DNA of 63,928 nucleotides, the filler included, from Intoshia linei (taxonomy: Eukaryota > Animalia > Orthonectida), in assembly GCA_001642005.1 (NCBI GenBank). It is 6 parts of 6 records of this genome, joined end to end, with 100 filler letters (N's around TTAATTAATTAA, not from the genome) between each part and the next. Parts side by side here need not be neighbours in the genome. Positions count along the whole stretch, not along the records: positions 1 to 17,649 come from LWCA01000802.1; positions 17,750 to 32,699 come from LWCA01000935.1; 4 more parts are not named here. One strand, written 5' to 3'. Positions within the stretch are counted from its first letter, which is position 1. The number at the start of each line of letters is the position of its first letter. Both the position numbers and the translations under genes were made by a program. This document shows, in pieces, positions 12,679 through 24,855 of this stretch. The notes under the pieces were generated by a model, which was not told where the DNA came from, did no database searches, and worked only from the letters and a program-made list of their open reading frames with translations.

Positions 12679-14752
12679 TTACAATAAATCTACTTCGCAT
12701 ATTGCCTTGAATGATTTTGTAGATGTACAGGGAATGCTTTTCCATTCTTTTAGTGAAATTACTAAACACTGATGGCTATGACTAAGATAAATTTGAAATT
12801 TTTGATTTAATTTTGAAGTTTGATTATATTACCTCACAATCATATCGTTGAAATGTTTAACTTTTGAAACTGCATTTCCGTAAGAATCTACCCAATGAAA
12901 ATGGGCTTGTTTTGTAAAATTTTTGTAAATTGGTCCAAAATTTTTTGCTCCAAGCCATACATTATAGCTTTCTAAAATAAAATGATTACATTTTAAAATA
13001 TATAGTTTTTTACAGTAAAATTACTTTTTATTAAATGTTTATAAAAAATATTAAATTGTTATCGTAAATATTGCCTGTGATTAATTTTTTTTTTGCGCAT
13101 AGTTTTTAAATTTATTTTTGTAAAAATTAAAATTTTAATTTCTATTGGCAATGTAATTACCTGTTTATCTATTTTAATAATTGCGCCAAGTTTAAATTTT
13201 TAAATTTTTAAATTTAAATTATTATTAATTTTGATCACAAAAATTAAAATGAAACCATAATATTTGATAAAAAAACTTTTATAACATTTCATCTTATAAT
13301 TTTTCTTATTTATATAAAATTTACTTGAATTAATATTGGTAAATTTCAATTGCAAAATTCGTACAAAAATTTCTTCGTAAATATCATCTATATGTATTAA
13401 ATGACCATTTTCAACAGCACAGTTTTTTTGAGCCATCGTAAAAGCACTGAAGCTTTGATTGAGAATTTTATATTTGGATTTATTATATACGATCCAATCT
13501 TTTTTTTCTAAAATTAAATGCATGTTTATTATGATGGATACACTTATATTCATGTTTTTTACCTTCATAAATAAGAGGAAACGAATACAACAGTTTTTGA
13601 ATACTTTCTTTACTTATTTTTGAAAGTTCTGTATCTCGTGAATGGGTTTGATTGAAGGGTAGACAGAATGGCAACGCATCTTTTATGCGATTTAGTTTTA
13701 CTGTTAAGTGTCTATTATTCATTTCCAGGGTTGATAATGAAATAAATAATTGTTCTAAACGTGGTTATTATTAGTTTAGTCAAACCATATATTTATATTT
13801 TCTAGATTCAATGAATAGTGATGTATGAAAAATGTTCATCCCTGAAGTTTCGGGTACGGCAGGTTCGATACTGGATATATGGCTCTGCCCTTTTCAATGA
13901 TTTTCTTTTAAAACAATCACACACGGGCTGAAAATAGAAGATTAGAGCTGTAATTTTCGCTAATGAGAAACTGTCAATGAATAATCAAAAACGGCATCAT
14001 AGAAACGGGGAATCTACTAAATAATTGAAATTGAACTATGTTCAAATCACATATTTATAAAAACCTACAACAACCAGATAAAACACTAACGGATATGGGA
14101 ATCTATAAAATGTGGGAAACGTGTCACATTAATGAAAAATGAAAGTCCACTGTATATAAATTTCCAACAAGGAGATAGTAATCAAACTTTACATTAAAAA
14201 ACTTGAAACCGACACTGACGAAACTTTCTAAATGCATATAAATGTTATATCTGTTTAACTTCTAATACCAATACCTTGTTTATTCTTGAATTGGTTTTCC
14301 AAACATAAAAATGCAATTAAAACTGATAATATGGAAAACAACAAAGAAACTGCAATAATGACAGCGTAGTGAAGGTGCAAATTGTTTTTTTTGTCCACAG
14401 AGAAATTGGACAGAGAACAAGTATTACATACATTGGGTATAACCGGAAAATGAATATCGTTCGGTTGAGCGAAATGTTTGTTAAATCTAATTTCTCTATT
14501 GTAATTTGATTTGGATTTAAATTCATCAATGTCAATTTTGCTGGTGGTCATTTGATTCAAACTATAATATAGTTTTAAATTATCATTTTTGAATTGACGA
14601 TATAATGGCAATTTGTGAGATTCAAATTGAACAGTATGATACTTTCTATTGATCTTTAATTCATTTCCGTTTAAATTTAAAATATTCTTTGTTTGCTGAT
14701 CCGTATAGGAAACTTTATCTGGTTTCATACCGCAATATTCATTAATTTTCAT
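12679..14752 (-). CDS. Type II transmembrane C-type lectin-like protein
   Basis: Exons 14752-14275, 13754-13563, 13507-13325, 12971-12833, 12781-12679 join in phase. They give a cytoplasmic N-terminus, TM YAVIIAVSLLFSILSVLIAFLCL, then CTLD motifs WIVYNKSKY..AQKNC..GHLIHI..EEIFV, VWLG, FHWVD, CLVI..WKSIPC..ICE. Confidence 0.8.
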
Positions 14753-16500
14753 TAAATATTTTAAATTATACGATATTTAAAATGCGATTAATAATTATTT
14801 AAATAAGTTTTGAAAATATGCTATTGATGTTTACAATGACTTTTCACGTTTTGTTTATTTATTTAATCTATCATTAACCTCGTTTTCATAAATCATTAAG
14901 AATTACTAATCACTTGATAATCAATTAATAGAGCCATTTCATTTCACCAACTTTACTAATTTCCCCTAATCACTAGTCTTTCATTATGAAATTCTTACTA
15001 ATATACGCGTAGTCTATCATTGTAGTTATAATGATAATTATAATTACTAAAAATAATTAAAATAGCGCATATATAAGCTAGTGATTATGGAATACATGTT
15101 TCATTTGTTTATCATAGTGCGTAACATCATTTGTATAATGTGGACAAATTTCAAGAAAAGTCAATTTTAAATTAAGTTTTAATTGTGCACTAGCAATTAA
15201 AATACTCGTTGCTATGTTACTTTATGTTATGTAATACATAATATGTATACAAAATCTTGCGTACTTTATAAAAAAATGATGTTATACTTTGTTCTATATA
15301 TTTACTATACATTTGTATATACAGTCCTCCCGGTTTGGAGCAAACCTCGCTTTTTTTGGTACCTTTTCTATATCGTGTTAGATTCATAGTATTTTGTACT
15401 ATTTTCTATAAATTAGTGTCAAATAGACCTCGTATTGGGGCACTTTATTTTTTTACAAAAATTAAATTATGCACAAAATAGAAATATCTAAATTAAAGAC
15501 CTTAAGTCTTAAAATAAAAAGTTATCTGAACGAAAAATGTGTGTAATGTATGCAACGAGTAAAGGAACAATATCTTGAATAAAAACGGAAATTGTACCAC
15601 TTTTGAGTAATCAAGTGATGAATGTTAATTTTGATGAAGCAATACCGCCAACAAGCAGACGTAATTATTTTGTTGTTCTTATTTGAAAATCATTTAAGAT
15701 TTTTTGAACCAAATTTTATTAAGAATTCTATGAATTTATAAAGAGTTTTGTCGAAAATAAAACAATAATATAACCGGTTATTTTAATATAGATTAAATAA
15801 TTTTTCATCACATTTGTTTTTATCAGATATTCTGTATACACTAAGATTCTATTGTCTTGTCTCAATATTTCTGCCTTCTCAAAATTTCAATTTTATTTTT
15901 ATATGTTTGGGTAAGTCATTGAATTTTAAAAACAATTGTTATCCTATTTTATTAATTCATTAGACAGAATGTGCGCAATGCAACATGCGGAAACTTACAG
16001 AATTTAGAAAATAGAATACTAACGAAATTTAATAATTATGTATAATAAATATTAGCTTTTTGCATGTTATTATACATTTACGAAATATCAAAAATATTGG
16101 ATTTTTTTTAATTAAGCCCACCTACAAACCTTTGGTAATTAATTAAACACAGTAGCTTTTCACCAAACTGAACGTTTCCGTAATCAATGTTATCCATATC
16201 AATATGGCCAAACTAAGATAAGCCCTCGGTATATTCTACTCATACATAGTTATGTATACAAATCGTATACTAATATTCAGTATCTTTGAGCACCCTTGTA
16301 GAGTTTTCAAATTTTGTTAAAATTTTGTATTTTAAGTTAACTTAACAAAACGAAACTTTCTAGCTAATGGCCCATAAGAAATTCGAAAATATTGAAATTG
16401 TGTCCACCCTAATGTGCATAATATTAAAAATAAAGTAAAAACAGTCCAATCCTAAAAATTGTCATAAATAGCATAAATTCCAGAAAAAATAAATTCACTT

Positions 16501-16681
16501 TCGCGATTCACTTAATTGGAGACGCGGTTAGAATACAGATACCAAGTTGGCCATTTTTGGTAATAAGAACTGGCGCTGTGGGATGAACCAGACGTGCGGT
16601 TAAGGCGCCAAATATATCGCTCATGAGATACCACAAAATCAGTTGGTTGATATTGACAACAAGGTGGTGGCCATCTAAGTC
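16501..16681 (+). pseudogene. Orphan fragment of eukaryotic 28S (LSU) rRNA
   Basis: GGCCATTTTTGGTAATAAGAACTGGCGCTGTGGGATGAACC..GGTTAAGGCGCC..CGCTCAT.AGATACCACAAAA..GTTGGTTGATATTGACA..GGTGGCCAT..AAGTC follows the conserved LSU core. Normally invariant bases are changed (TAATAAG for TAAGCAG, CATCTAAG for CATGGAAG). No flanking rDNA. Confidence 0.88.
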
Positions 16682-16840
16682 AAGCAATGGTTCAGGTTTT
16701 ACTACATCACTGATTAATATTAACAAAAGTAATAGCATACTGTATTTCGGTAATCTAAAAAACGGCACACATTAAATAATTATGTACTTATCGGGCATCA
16801 AATCCCACTATGTCAAAAACTATGACTAAAAAAAAACTGA

Positions 16841-17183
16841 AAACTAAATAATATCGTTTTTACTATAAAGTAATTAGAACAATTTAATTTAATTGTTGAC
16901 AACTCGGTTGTATTCACTTATTTTTATTAGTACTGTTTACAAATTAAATTTATTGTGATTACTCAATAGTAAACAGTTATAAAACTACTATGCAAATCAC
17001 AATTTGTGAGATTATCCACCTAATAAATATAATCGTCAGTATTTTTATTATCGATTCATTAGAACTGTCGAATTGATTTCTACGAATTAGATCAATATAA
17101 TCAATATTTTATGAAATGATTTAATGTTTTGAACTTATTTGGTCGTTGTTTAGATTTGGAAAGGTTGGAAATTTTTCAACATT
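16841..17183 (+). mobile_element. Truncated second copy of the left end of the 3482-4892 element
   Basis: Closely matches about 3497-3846; lacks the outermost terminal bases. Confidence 0.85.
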
Positions 17184-17649
17184 TAAATTGGAGCGAAGAA
17201 AATCTTAATTAGTTACTCTGAAAAAGTCCTAATTTAATTTATTTAAAAAACCCTACATAAAAAGTCAACAATACGATGATACTGTGATAAAAAAAAATAT
17301 TGTAATTTGAAAGCAAGAGATGAAATCTGACTAAATATATCGAGTTTCTCTAAACCTTTGAAATTAACTATTTTATCTATTTTTTTTCTACATTTTAAAA
17401 TCGAAAGTAAATTTACAGAATTGTATGGCAATATGTCGTAATTGAAAAACGGCTAAACTAATCAAATCAGGTCAAAAATACAGCAAAATCTTAAGGATGT
17501 AGCAATTGTTATAAAAAATTCATCATAAAATAAAAATTTATTTTTATATTAAAATAAATCACTATATTGATTTGATAGTGTACTATCTAAGTCCGTTCTC
17601 AATGAAGACCTTTCTTGGTAACGATCATATGATTGCTTTCGCTTTAACG

Positions 17650-17749
17650 NNNNNNNNNNNNNNNNNNNNNNNNNNNNNNNNNNNNNNNNNNNNTTAATTA
17701 ATTAANNNNNNNNNNNNNNNNNNNNNNNNNNNNNNNNNNNNNNNNNNNN
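17650..17749. other. Assembly spacer (N-run with central TTAATTAATTAA)
   Basis: 100-nt linker whose core has stops in all six frames. The same linker occurs at 32700-32799, 37127-37226, 56862-56961 and 59476-59575. Confidence 0.98.
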
Positions 17750-18409
17750 AACTCCGAGGAGTATCAACGAATATTAAGATCGAAATTGGGGGATATTTAT
17801 GAGACCAATATGATACTACAGCAAGATAGTGCTCCCTGTCATCGTTCTTGCTCCACCAAAGATTTTCTACGTACCAGTACCAGTACTGTCCCAGTCAGAG
17901 TCCAGATTTGAATATTATTGAAAATATGTGGTTCATATTAAAGAGGAACGTGTCTAAAAGAGCCCCCAAAATTTGATCGGGTTGTGGGATATCGTTGTTG
18001 AAGAATGGATGAAGATTGAATTTTCCATAATAAAAAATTTATATGAATCTATACCTCGAGGAATAGATTCAGTAATACAATGTAAAGGAGCTTCTACAAA
18101 GGATTAATTTATTTTATTTGATTGTATATAATTGATGGTCACAATTTCAACATTTTATTATAATTCATGTAAATTTTAATTTACGTGCCAGTTTATTTTG
18201 CACTACTGTTTTATTTTAATAAATTTATTATCATTTTTAAATTGCCTGTATTTCAATTAAAACATTGTGCATCAATTACAGTATTCACTTAAATATATCT
18301 CGTTATTTGGATGTACGAGTAATTTTTATATTTTAAATATTATTTAATAATTGTTTATGAAGAAGTAATATTTTTTAACAAGTGCCAGTTTATTTTGCAC
18401 GGGACTGTA
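17750..18409 (+). mobile_element. Tc1-family transposon 3' remnant with IR-DR terminus
   Basis: Frameshifted LQQDSAPCHRS, SQSPDLNIIENMW and EEWMKI..NLYESIPR..IQCKGASTK*. The 19-bp DR GTGCCAGTTTATTTTGCAC lies at 18185 and 18382. The element ends ..GGGACTG followed by TA. Confidence 0.88.
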
Positions 18410-19304
18410 TATATTTTTTTGTTAATATTTTAAAATCTACTCTATAGAATCGTCTATAATTTTGATGTTTTTGTTCTGAGTATTTTTTCATCACTAAAAT
18501 TATAAAACCCGGGGAGGTCGTCATGGAAACATAGTTTGTAGAGAGGTCATGCTCATTATTTTAATGTTACCATGGACATTTTGTGTTTTTGAGAGTGGGT
18601 AAAAATTCAGCATCACGGAATTACTGTTATAGACAATTTATTTTAATTTAAACAATTACATAAAACGATATATTATCAAAATAATGATTATTATTTTTTG
18701 ATTTTTTGGAGTAATACGTCCCTTTAATTATTTAAGTTCTCTATAAAAATGTGTAATATTTTTTCAATATTAATTTTGTCAAAATGTCTTTCATTCTAAA
18801 TAAAAATATCCCGTGAGGTCGGAAAAAAATCTTAAATTGTTGAACAGTGTTATACATACAACAGAATTGTAAATTTAACATTAGTACATATACATAATCA
18901 AAACTACATATTACATTTTAAGTTTTGATAATTCTGTTGAAATAAGAATTAGTATTTTTAATAGATTATTTTATACTATTTAATGATGAAATTTGATTTT
19001 AAAACTTAATTTTAAAACGCAATTTGTTGTATGTATTAAGGTGTGTCCTAAAACACATTTTTTAAACAATGCAAAAGTAGCCAACGGGGAAAGATGAAAC
19101 TTAATATTGCGAACAAGATGATGTGCTTGAAATTGTCTAACTCTCAAAAAAACCCTTGACTTTTTGCATTTTAATTTTTAGCCTACTACTAAGCCTAGTA
19201 CTAATTTTTAATACAATTTTTCAAAAACGAACATGAACTTTATAAAACAATATTGGTGTGGTAATGATGTGAATTCATGGGTATAAATAGTATATGTAAC
19301 ATTT

Positions 19305-20306
19305 GTGAGTATATATAATGCCATGGTTATCACAGTTTATCAGAAATCGTTCTCAATAAAACTCTATTTTACCCAAAAATTCATAAAAAACAAAATTTAT
19401 AGGATAGAGGGTTTCTTGGTGTTTTTTTCTAACAATTATGACATTTCAAATACATTATCAAATAATAATACATTGCAAGAATTTTTGTTATATTTATATT
19501 TGGCTACTTTTGTGAATTTAGTTAAAAGAACTAATTAGCAGTGAAAATAAGATTGATTAATTTTTAAGGTTTATACCCGATTCATTAAATTTGTGAGACC
19601 CTGAAGTTTAATAATTAGTATAATTATATTTTTCAATTAGCTGTCGAAAATTATTGAAATTAAAAAGACTAATCCTGGTAAATTTGCTCCCTATGGTCAC
19701 AGGTTTTTAATTTTATTTATTATAATATTTTTTATTTAGATTATTTTCCGTTGCCACTGATGATAATATTATTTTTTGTCTTACACATTTCGCAGAAAAA
19801 TATAAAATCAAACACTATAAAACAAACTGTTTGTCATATCTTAAGAAGTCCATTAGAGTACGTTGATTTATATTATTATTACAGTAATTTTAACATTATG
19901 ATCGTGTGGCGCTTAGCCGCTTTTCATGGTTCCGAATCCGGAACCATGCCAAATAAAGGAAGATAAAAGTTAATAATGCCTGAATTACGTTTTATTTTTA
20001 TTTTGACTTATTTAGATGATTATTATTAATCTTTTATTTGCTGCAGTTATTCAAAAACGAAGAAATATAATATCAGAAAAGAAAGTTCGAACTAATCTTT
20101 ATACTCATTTACCTTCTCCTGTATCCAATACAATTACACTAAAAACTTTATACAATGCAGTTTTGGTAATTACAAATTATAATTTACTAGCTTGGCTGTT
20201 TTGTACTATGTACAAACTGCACCTAGCTCTTACCAGGGCGGACTTATTTAATTTAATTATTAAAAATAACAAAGTTGTACTTTTAGTTGCAGTAGTTTTA
20301 AAATAA
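19305..20306 (+). pseudogene. Probable BTB/POZ-BACK domain gene remnant (or mis-assembled gene)
   Basis: Exon-like pieces read LQEFLLYLY, FCLTHFAEKYKIKHYKTNCLSYLKKSI and NFNIMIVWRLAAFHG, matching BTB C-terminal and BACK helix spacing. The junction at about 19857/19884 is 1 nt out of phase and a stop follows at 19964. Confidence 0.4.
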
Positions 20307-20349
20307 ATTTCATTAAATTATAAAAATTTGAAAATGAGTATTTGAGATT

Positions 20350-21043
20350 GAACAATTGCAAAAATGTTAATGTAGGATCAATATTTAATTTTTCGATTTT
20401 TATTATAATCGAAATATTTGAAAAATATCGGTTGATAATATATTAAAAATTATGTTTCACTGGGAATGCTAGATTTCTGGGGTTAAAAATTTGTATTTAT
20501 ATTAACTGGAATAAGCTCTATATGAATAACCTTTTTTTTTAATTTTCGGATTGTTAATTATTTCACATTTTTTGTTTTAATAAAATTCGAAAAAAAAATA
20601 TATCAAAACTAAAATAGTTTTTTGACCGTGAAGGCGTCACTTATATAGATTGAAATTTGTTTTGTGTGTTAACAGGATACAACTGTACCACCTGTAAATT
20701 TTTTTAAATTCTAGGGGTGTTTTCATTTTAAAAAAATGGTAATGTGGCGTTTTGATAGTGAAAATTAATTTTTTTGAGGTTTTCTTTGATGATAATGTTT
20801 ATGATTTTAAAATTCGTATCAGTATATATTTTTTTAAATTTTCGAACTCGTTTGATTTTAAAAAAAAGGATAATTGAGGTTTTTGGACCTATAAGGTGTG
20901 AGTTTCGGAGGTTGAATGTAATCTTACTTTCATCCGGAAAAAACAGTAATAGAAATGTGGACCTTATAAAATTCTAAGACTGGTAGTTATTGAAATAAAC
21001 GATAACACACACAGACAAACTAAGCATTGTGTATAAATAAGGA
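20350..21043 (-). repeat. Copy of the Helitron-like family
   Basis: Shared core; ends ..ACACACACAGACAAAC..TATAAATAAGGA^T. Confidence 0.8.
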
Positions 21044-21639
21044 TGTTGAGGTTTTTAATGTTTTTATTTTGAAATTTTTGATGTAAATTTTGTTCAAAAA
21101 ACTAATGAGAGACTTTCATTGATCCGCACTAGACACCTAGAACGGATAATTGCGTTTCTACATAAGACGAATAGTATACGTGTTAATTTTTATTTTATTT
21201 TTTAAATTGAATTTATTTTAAAATTTTTTTTGCATTATGCATGGTATACTGAATAAGTAGGTCTACTTTTTATCTAATGCATAATACATTAATCATTTAC
21301 GTTTATGCTCCACCATTTATTAAAAAAAATTAATTTCTAACACAGTTTTTCGAGAGTGATACAGTATCGCAAATTTTATTTTCCGAAATTGAATCCTTCA
21401 TAATCAAAAAACCAATTTACCTTTTTTTTTAAATTTAAAAAAATATATATCTGGAATGTTTTTGAAAGTTATGACAGGGTTTGCAAATTGCAATCTAGTT
21501 TGATCAATATAAAAATGATAATAACAATGTTGTACTTTGTTGTTGTAGTTATAGCAGTGTTTCTCAAGCTTTTTGACTGCGCGGAACCCTTATGAAATTT
21601 CAAAAAATCACGGCACATAAAAGCATGATCAAAACTTTT

Positions 21640-22480
21640 TTTCGTATGTCACTTAATCAGATTAAAATTTTTTGTGTGTGCTAACTGGATATAACTATAT
21701 TCCGTAATTTCGTTTAAATTTTAGAACTATTTTTGTTTTTAAAAAAAGGGAAATCTTGGGTTTTAGTCATGAAAATGCATTCTCTTGTTATTTATTATAA
21801 TTCTTATGATTTTAAAAACTACCCAGAATTTGTTATGTACAATTTTAGAACCTGTTTCATTTTTAAAACTATGGGTAATTAAAACAATTGTGGTTTTGAT
21901 AATGAATATGTACTTTTCTGAAGTTGAAATTTACGACAATGTTAATGATTTAAATACGCGTCACAGAATGTATGTTTTATTAAATTTTTGGGCTTTAAAC
22001 AAGAGGGAAATTGGTGTTTTTGACCCTGAAAGACTAAAATTCAGAAACTGAAAAATAGATAAAAACACACTCTGAAAAACTTATTAAAAATTGGGTTTTT
22101 TAAATCCTGCGACTGTTAATTTTTTAAATATAAGATAATATACATATAGACATTCAATTTTATATAAATAAAGAATTTAGAAAAATGTATTTCTGTTTAT
22201 TTATTTGTTTGTTCCGGTTGATTTAAGAAAGTGAAGGGAATCACCTTAGAGGAGTCGATTTTTAAAATTTCTATGTTCTACATTCTGTATTTGAAATGGT
22301 TAAACTTTTATACAGAAATTAACACTTTTCCGGTGAACAATAACTTTAATATAATATCAACCAATATTTTCAAATGTTTGGATTAACTGTAAAATTAAAA
22401 ATTTAAATGTTTGGTCCTACAATTTCAAAAAAAATTTGCATTGAAAATATCTATTTTCATTTCCAATAAAGTGATAAGGG
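21640..22480. repeat. Two fragments of the Helitron-like family (21640-22130 minus, 22330-22480 plus)
   Basis: Similar to 28580-29060 and to window positions 1-80. Confidence 0.65.
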
Positions 22481-22828
22481 TGGATAAATCCGGGTTTTTG
22501 ACTTCTCATTATGGCATATTTTCAATAACCGAAATAGTAATTATTCTTCGGATTCGTAACTAAGTAATGTAGAAAATCTCATCCTAGGGCCATGTATGTA
22601 AATAACTTAGTTTTTTATTATATTGGTTTAATAACTCAGGATCGACACTAATCGAATAGATTTGTATATTAAACAAAACAAAATGTATATCGTAAATATT
22701 ATTGTTGTTTTAATCTATTTTTAAAATGTAGAATCACAAGAAATTGATTGGAAATGAAGTATTTCGACGCAAATTATTGCTTCAATTGGCATTAGAAATG
22801 TAATGTATATATTTACTGTAAATAAAAT

Positions 22829-24855
22829 TTACATTTGATATAATGCTTCAACAATATGATTATATTTTTTCAAAATAACATTTCGTTTGAGCTTCATTGT
22901 AGGAGTTAATTCATCATTTTTAATCGAAAAGTCATTTTTCAGTAAAGTCCAACGTTGTATTTTGGAGGGTCGATTAATTGACTGTTCATTTGTTCTTTGT
23001 ATTCCAGCTTCAATTGCTTTAATTGTAATTGTATCTGTACCTTCATAAATTGCGCTAGATTTAGTATTTTTTGATCCAAGCTTTTTTAGCCATTCTACTG
23101 CTTCAATTGTTAAATCATCTGTAGGCAGCATAGTCACCATATCTGTAATTGTTTTTAATGTTAATATTACGGTTAAATATTTTTTGTCATCTCCTACCAC
23201 CACGGCATTGGATAATATCGGTAATTCTTTCAGCAGTGTATTTTCAATATATTTTACTGCAATATTTTCTCCTCCAGAAGTGATGAGTATTTCTAAATTA
23301 AAATTTAAATAATAAAACCAAAAATATACCACCTTTTATAGCATTTATAAATAATTTTTCGATATGATGGAATGTTTTAAAAATCACCTTTCAAACGTCC
23401 AATAATACAAATTTTTTTTGTTTTTGAATCCATGGCTCCTTGGTCTCCTGTTTTGAGATAAAAATCGTTAGTAAAAGCATCAATAGTTTCTTGATGATTA
23501 TCCTTGTACCCCATAAAAATATTTCTACCATAAACTTCAATTTCTTGGTTTTCATTTATGCGAGTACGTGTACCATGATAAGCACGACCCACAGAATAAT
23601 TATCAAACTCTCCTGGAACCATAATTGTTTGAGGCCCACATGTTTCAGACATTCCATAGATACCATTAATATAAATATTCAGCGAAACGAAAAAGTTTAA
23701 TGTCCTGTCTTTAATTGGTGCAGCCCCATAAATGATGTATTTACAATTTTGAAATCCTAGAGCTTTTCTAATTTTGTTGAGAATCAATTTTTTCGAAAGT
23801 TTGTATTTAAAATAATTTTTATTGGATTTGTAGTGATTTAAACCCACCTTTTGGGTCCATTTAAAAATTTTTTTCATATTTTCAGATTTTTGAATAGTTT
23901 GTTCAATTATTTTTTCTTCAATTTTTTCGAATACTCTCGGTACGCCTAAAAAAATTGTTGGAGTTACTTCTCTTAGTGTTTGACTAAGTGTTCCTTTTAA
24001 AGCACTCGGCTGGGCAAAGTAGACAGTTGAACCCAATAGAATCGGTGCTACAATGTCTAGTAATTGTGGCGCTATATGAGATAACGGTAAATAGGATATT
24101 AGTTTTTCTTTTCCGAAAATGAAACGTGATTTTCCTGTAACTTCACTACTAAATTTTTTCGAAGTCCAAATTAGATTATCATGTGTCAACATGGCAGCTT
24201 TCGGAAACCCAGTTGTACCTGATGTAAAAACTATACTACAGCACTTGTTGAATTTAAGGCTGTTTATTCTTTTTTCAAGTAATTCTTGTAAATCATTTTT
24301 TTGGGCGTAGAGGATGAAATCTTTCCATAAAATTTCATTTTCGTTTAGTGTGAGGTTAGAATCGTTGTTGATGAGTATTATCCGGATTATATTGGTTTCA
24401 TGGACTATTTTTCTTACATTTTCTAAGAGATGACATGTTTCTACAATTATTACTTTGCAATCAGCAATGTTGAGACAGTATTTTATGGCACTAGGACTAT
24501 TTGTTGTGTAAATTCCGACACTCACTGCACCGCAGTGAATTGCCGCCAAGTAAGACAAATGCCAGTACACATCGTTAAATCCTATTATACCCACAGAGTC
24601 CATTTCTTTTACGTCTAGTGATAATAAAGATTTTGCAACAATGTGAATGTTTTTTTTGTAGTCTTTGAATGACATGGAGTTCCATGGTTCGCCTATGTCG
24701 TCTTGACACATTAGTGCAGTTTTACCTTTGTCTAGTCTTTCTATCGTTTCATCCAATAGTTGTGGTATTGTTATGGATTGTACCGTGTCGTTGTCATCAT
24801 CTCTCAATTTTACCTCGTCACTTAGATTCGAAGTGAAATATTTCAAATTACTCAT
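22829..24855 (-). CDS. ACSBG: Long-chain fatty-acid-CoA ligase, bubblegum (ACSBG) family
   Basis: Exons 24855-23388 and 23292-22829 (GRLK/EILITSGGENI). Motifs FTSGTTGFPKAAMLTHDN, SYLPLSHIA, FLGVPRVFEK, YGMSET, GRNIFMGY, ELTPTMKLKR. Confidence 0.93.

Noticed and set aside
13800-14227. Extra lectin exons
   Set aside because: All tested frames hit stops and the GC-rich part is the recurring MITE-end motif. The donor after 14275 joins 13754 in phase without them.
16508-16768. 86-aa ORF with an apparent signal peptide
   Set aside because: It is largely the antisense of the 28S rRNA fragment.
17694-17705. Palindromic TTAATTAATTAA recurring five times at long intervals
   Set aside because: Always centred in a 100-nt N block. 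It is an artificial contig linker, so adjacency across these points is also unproven.
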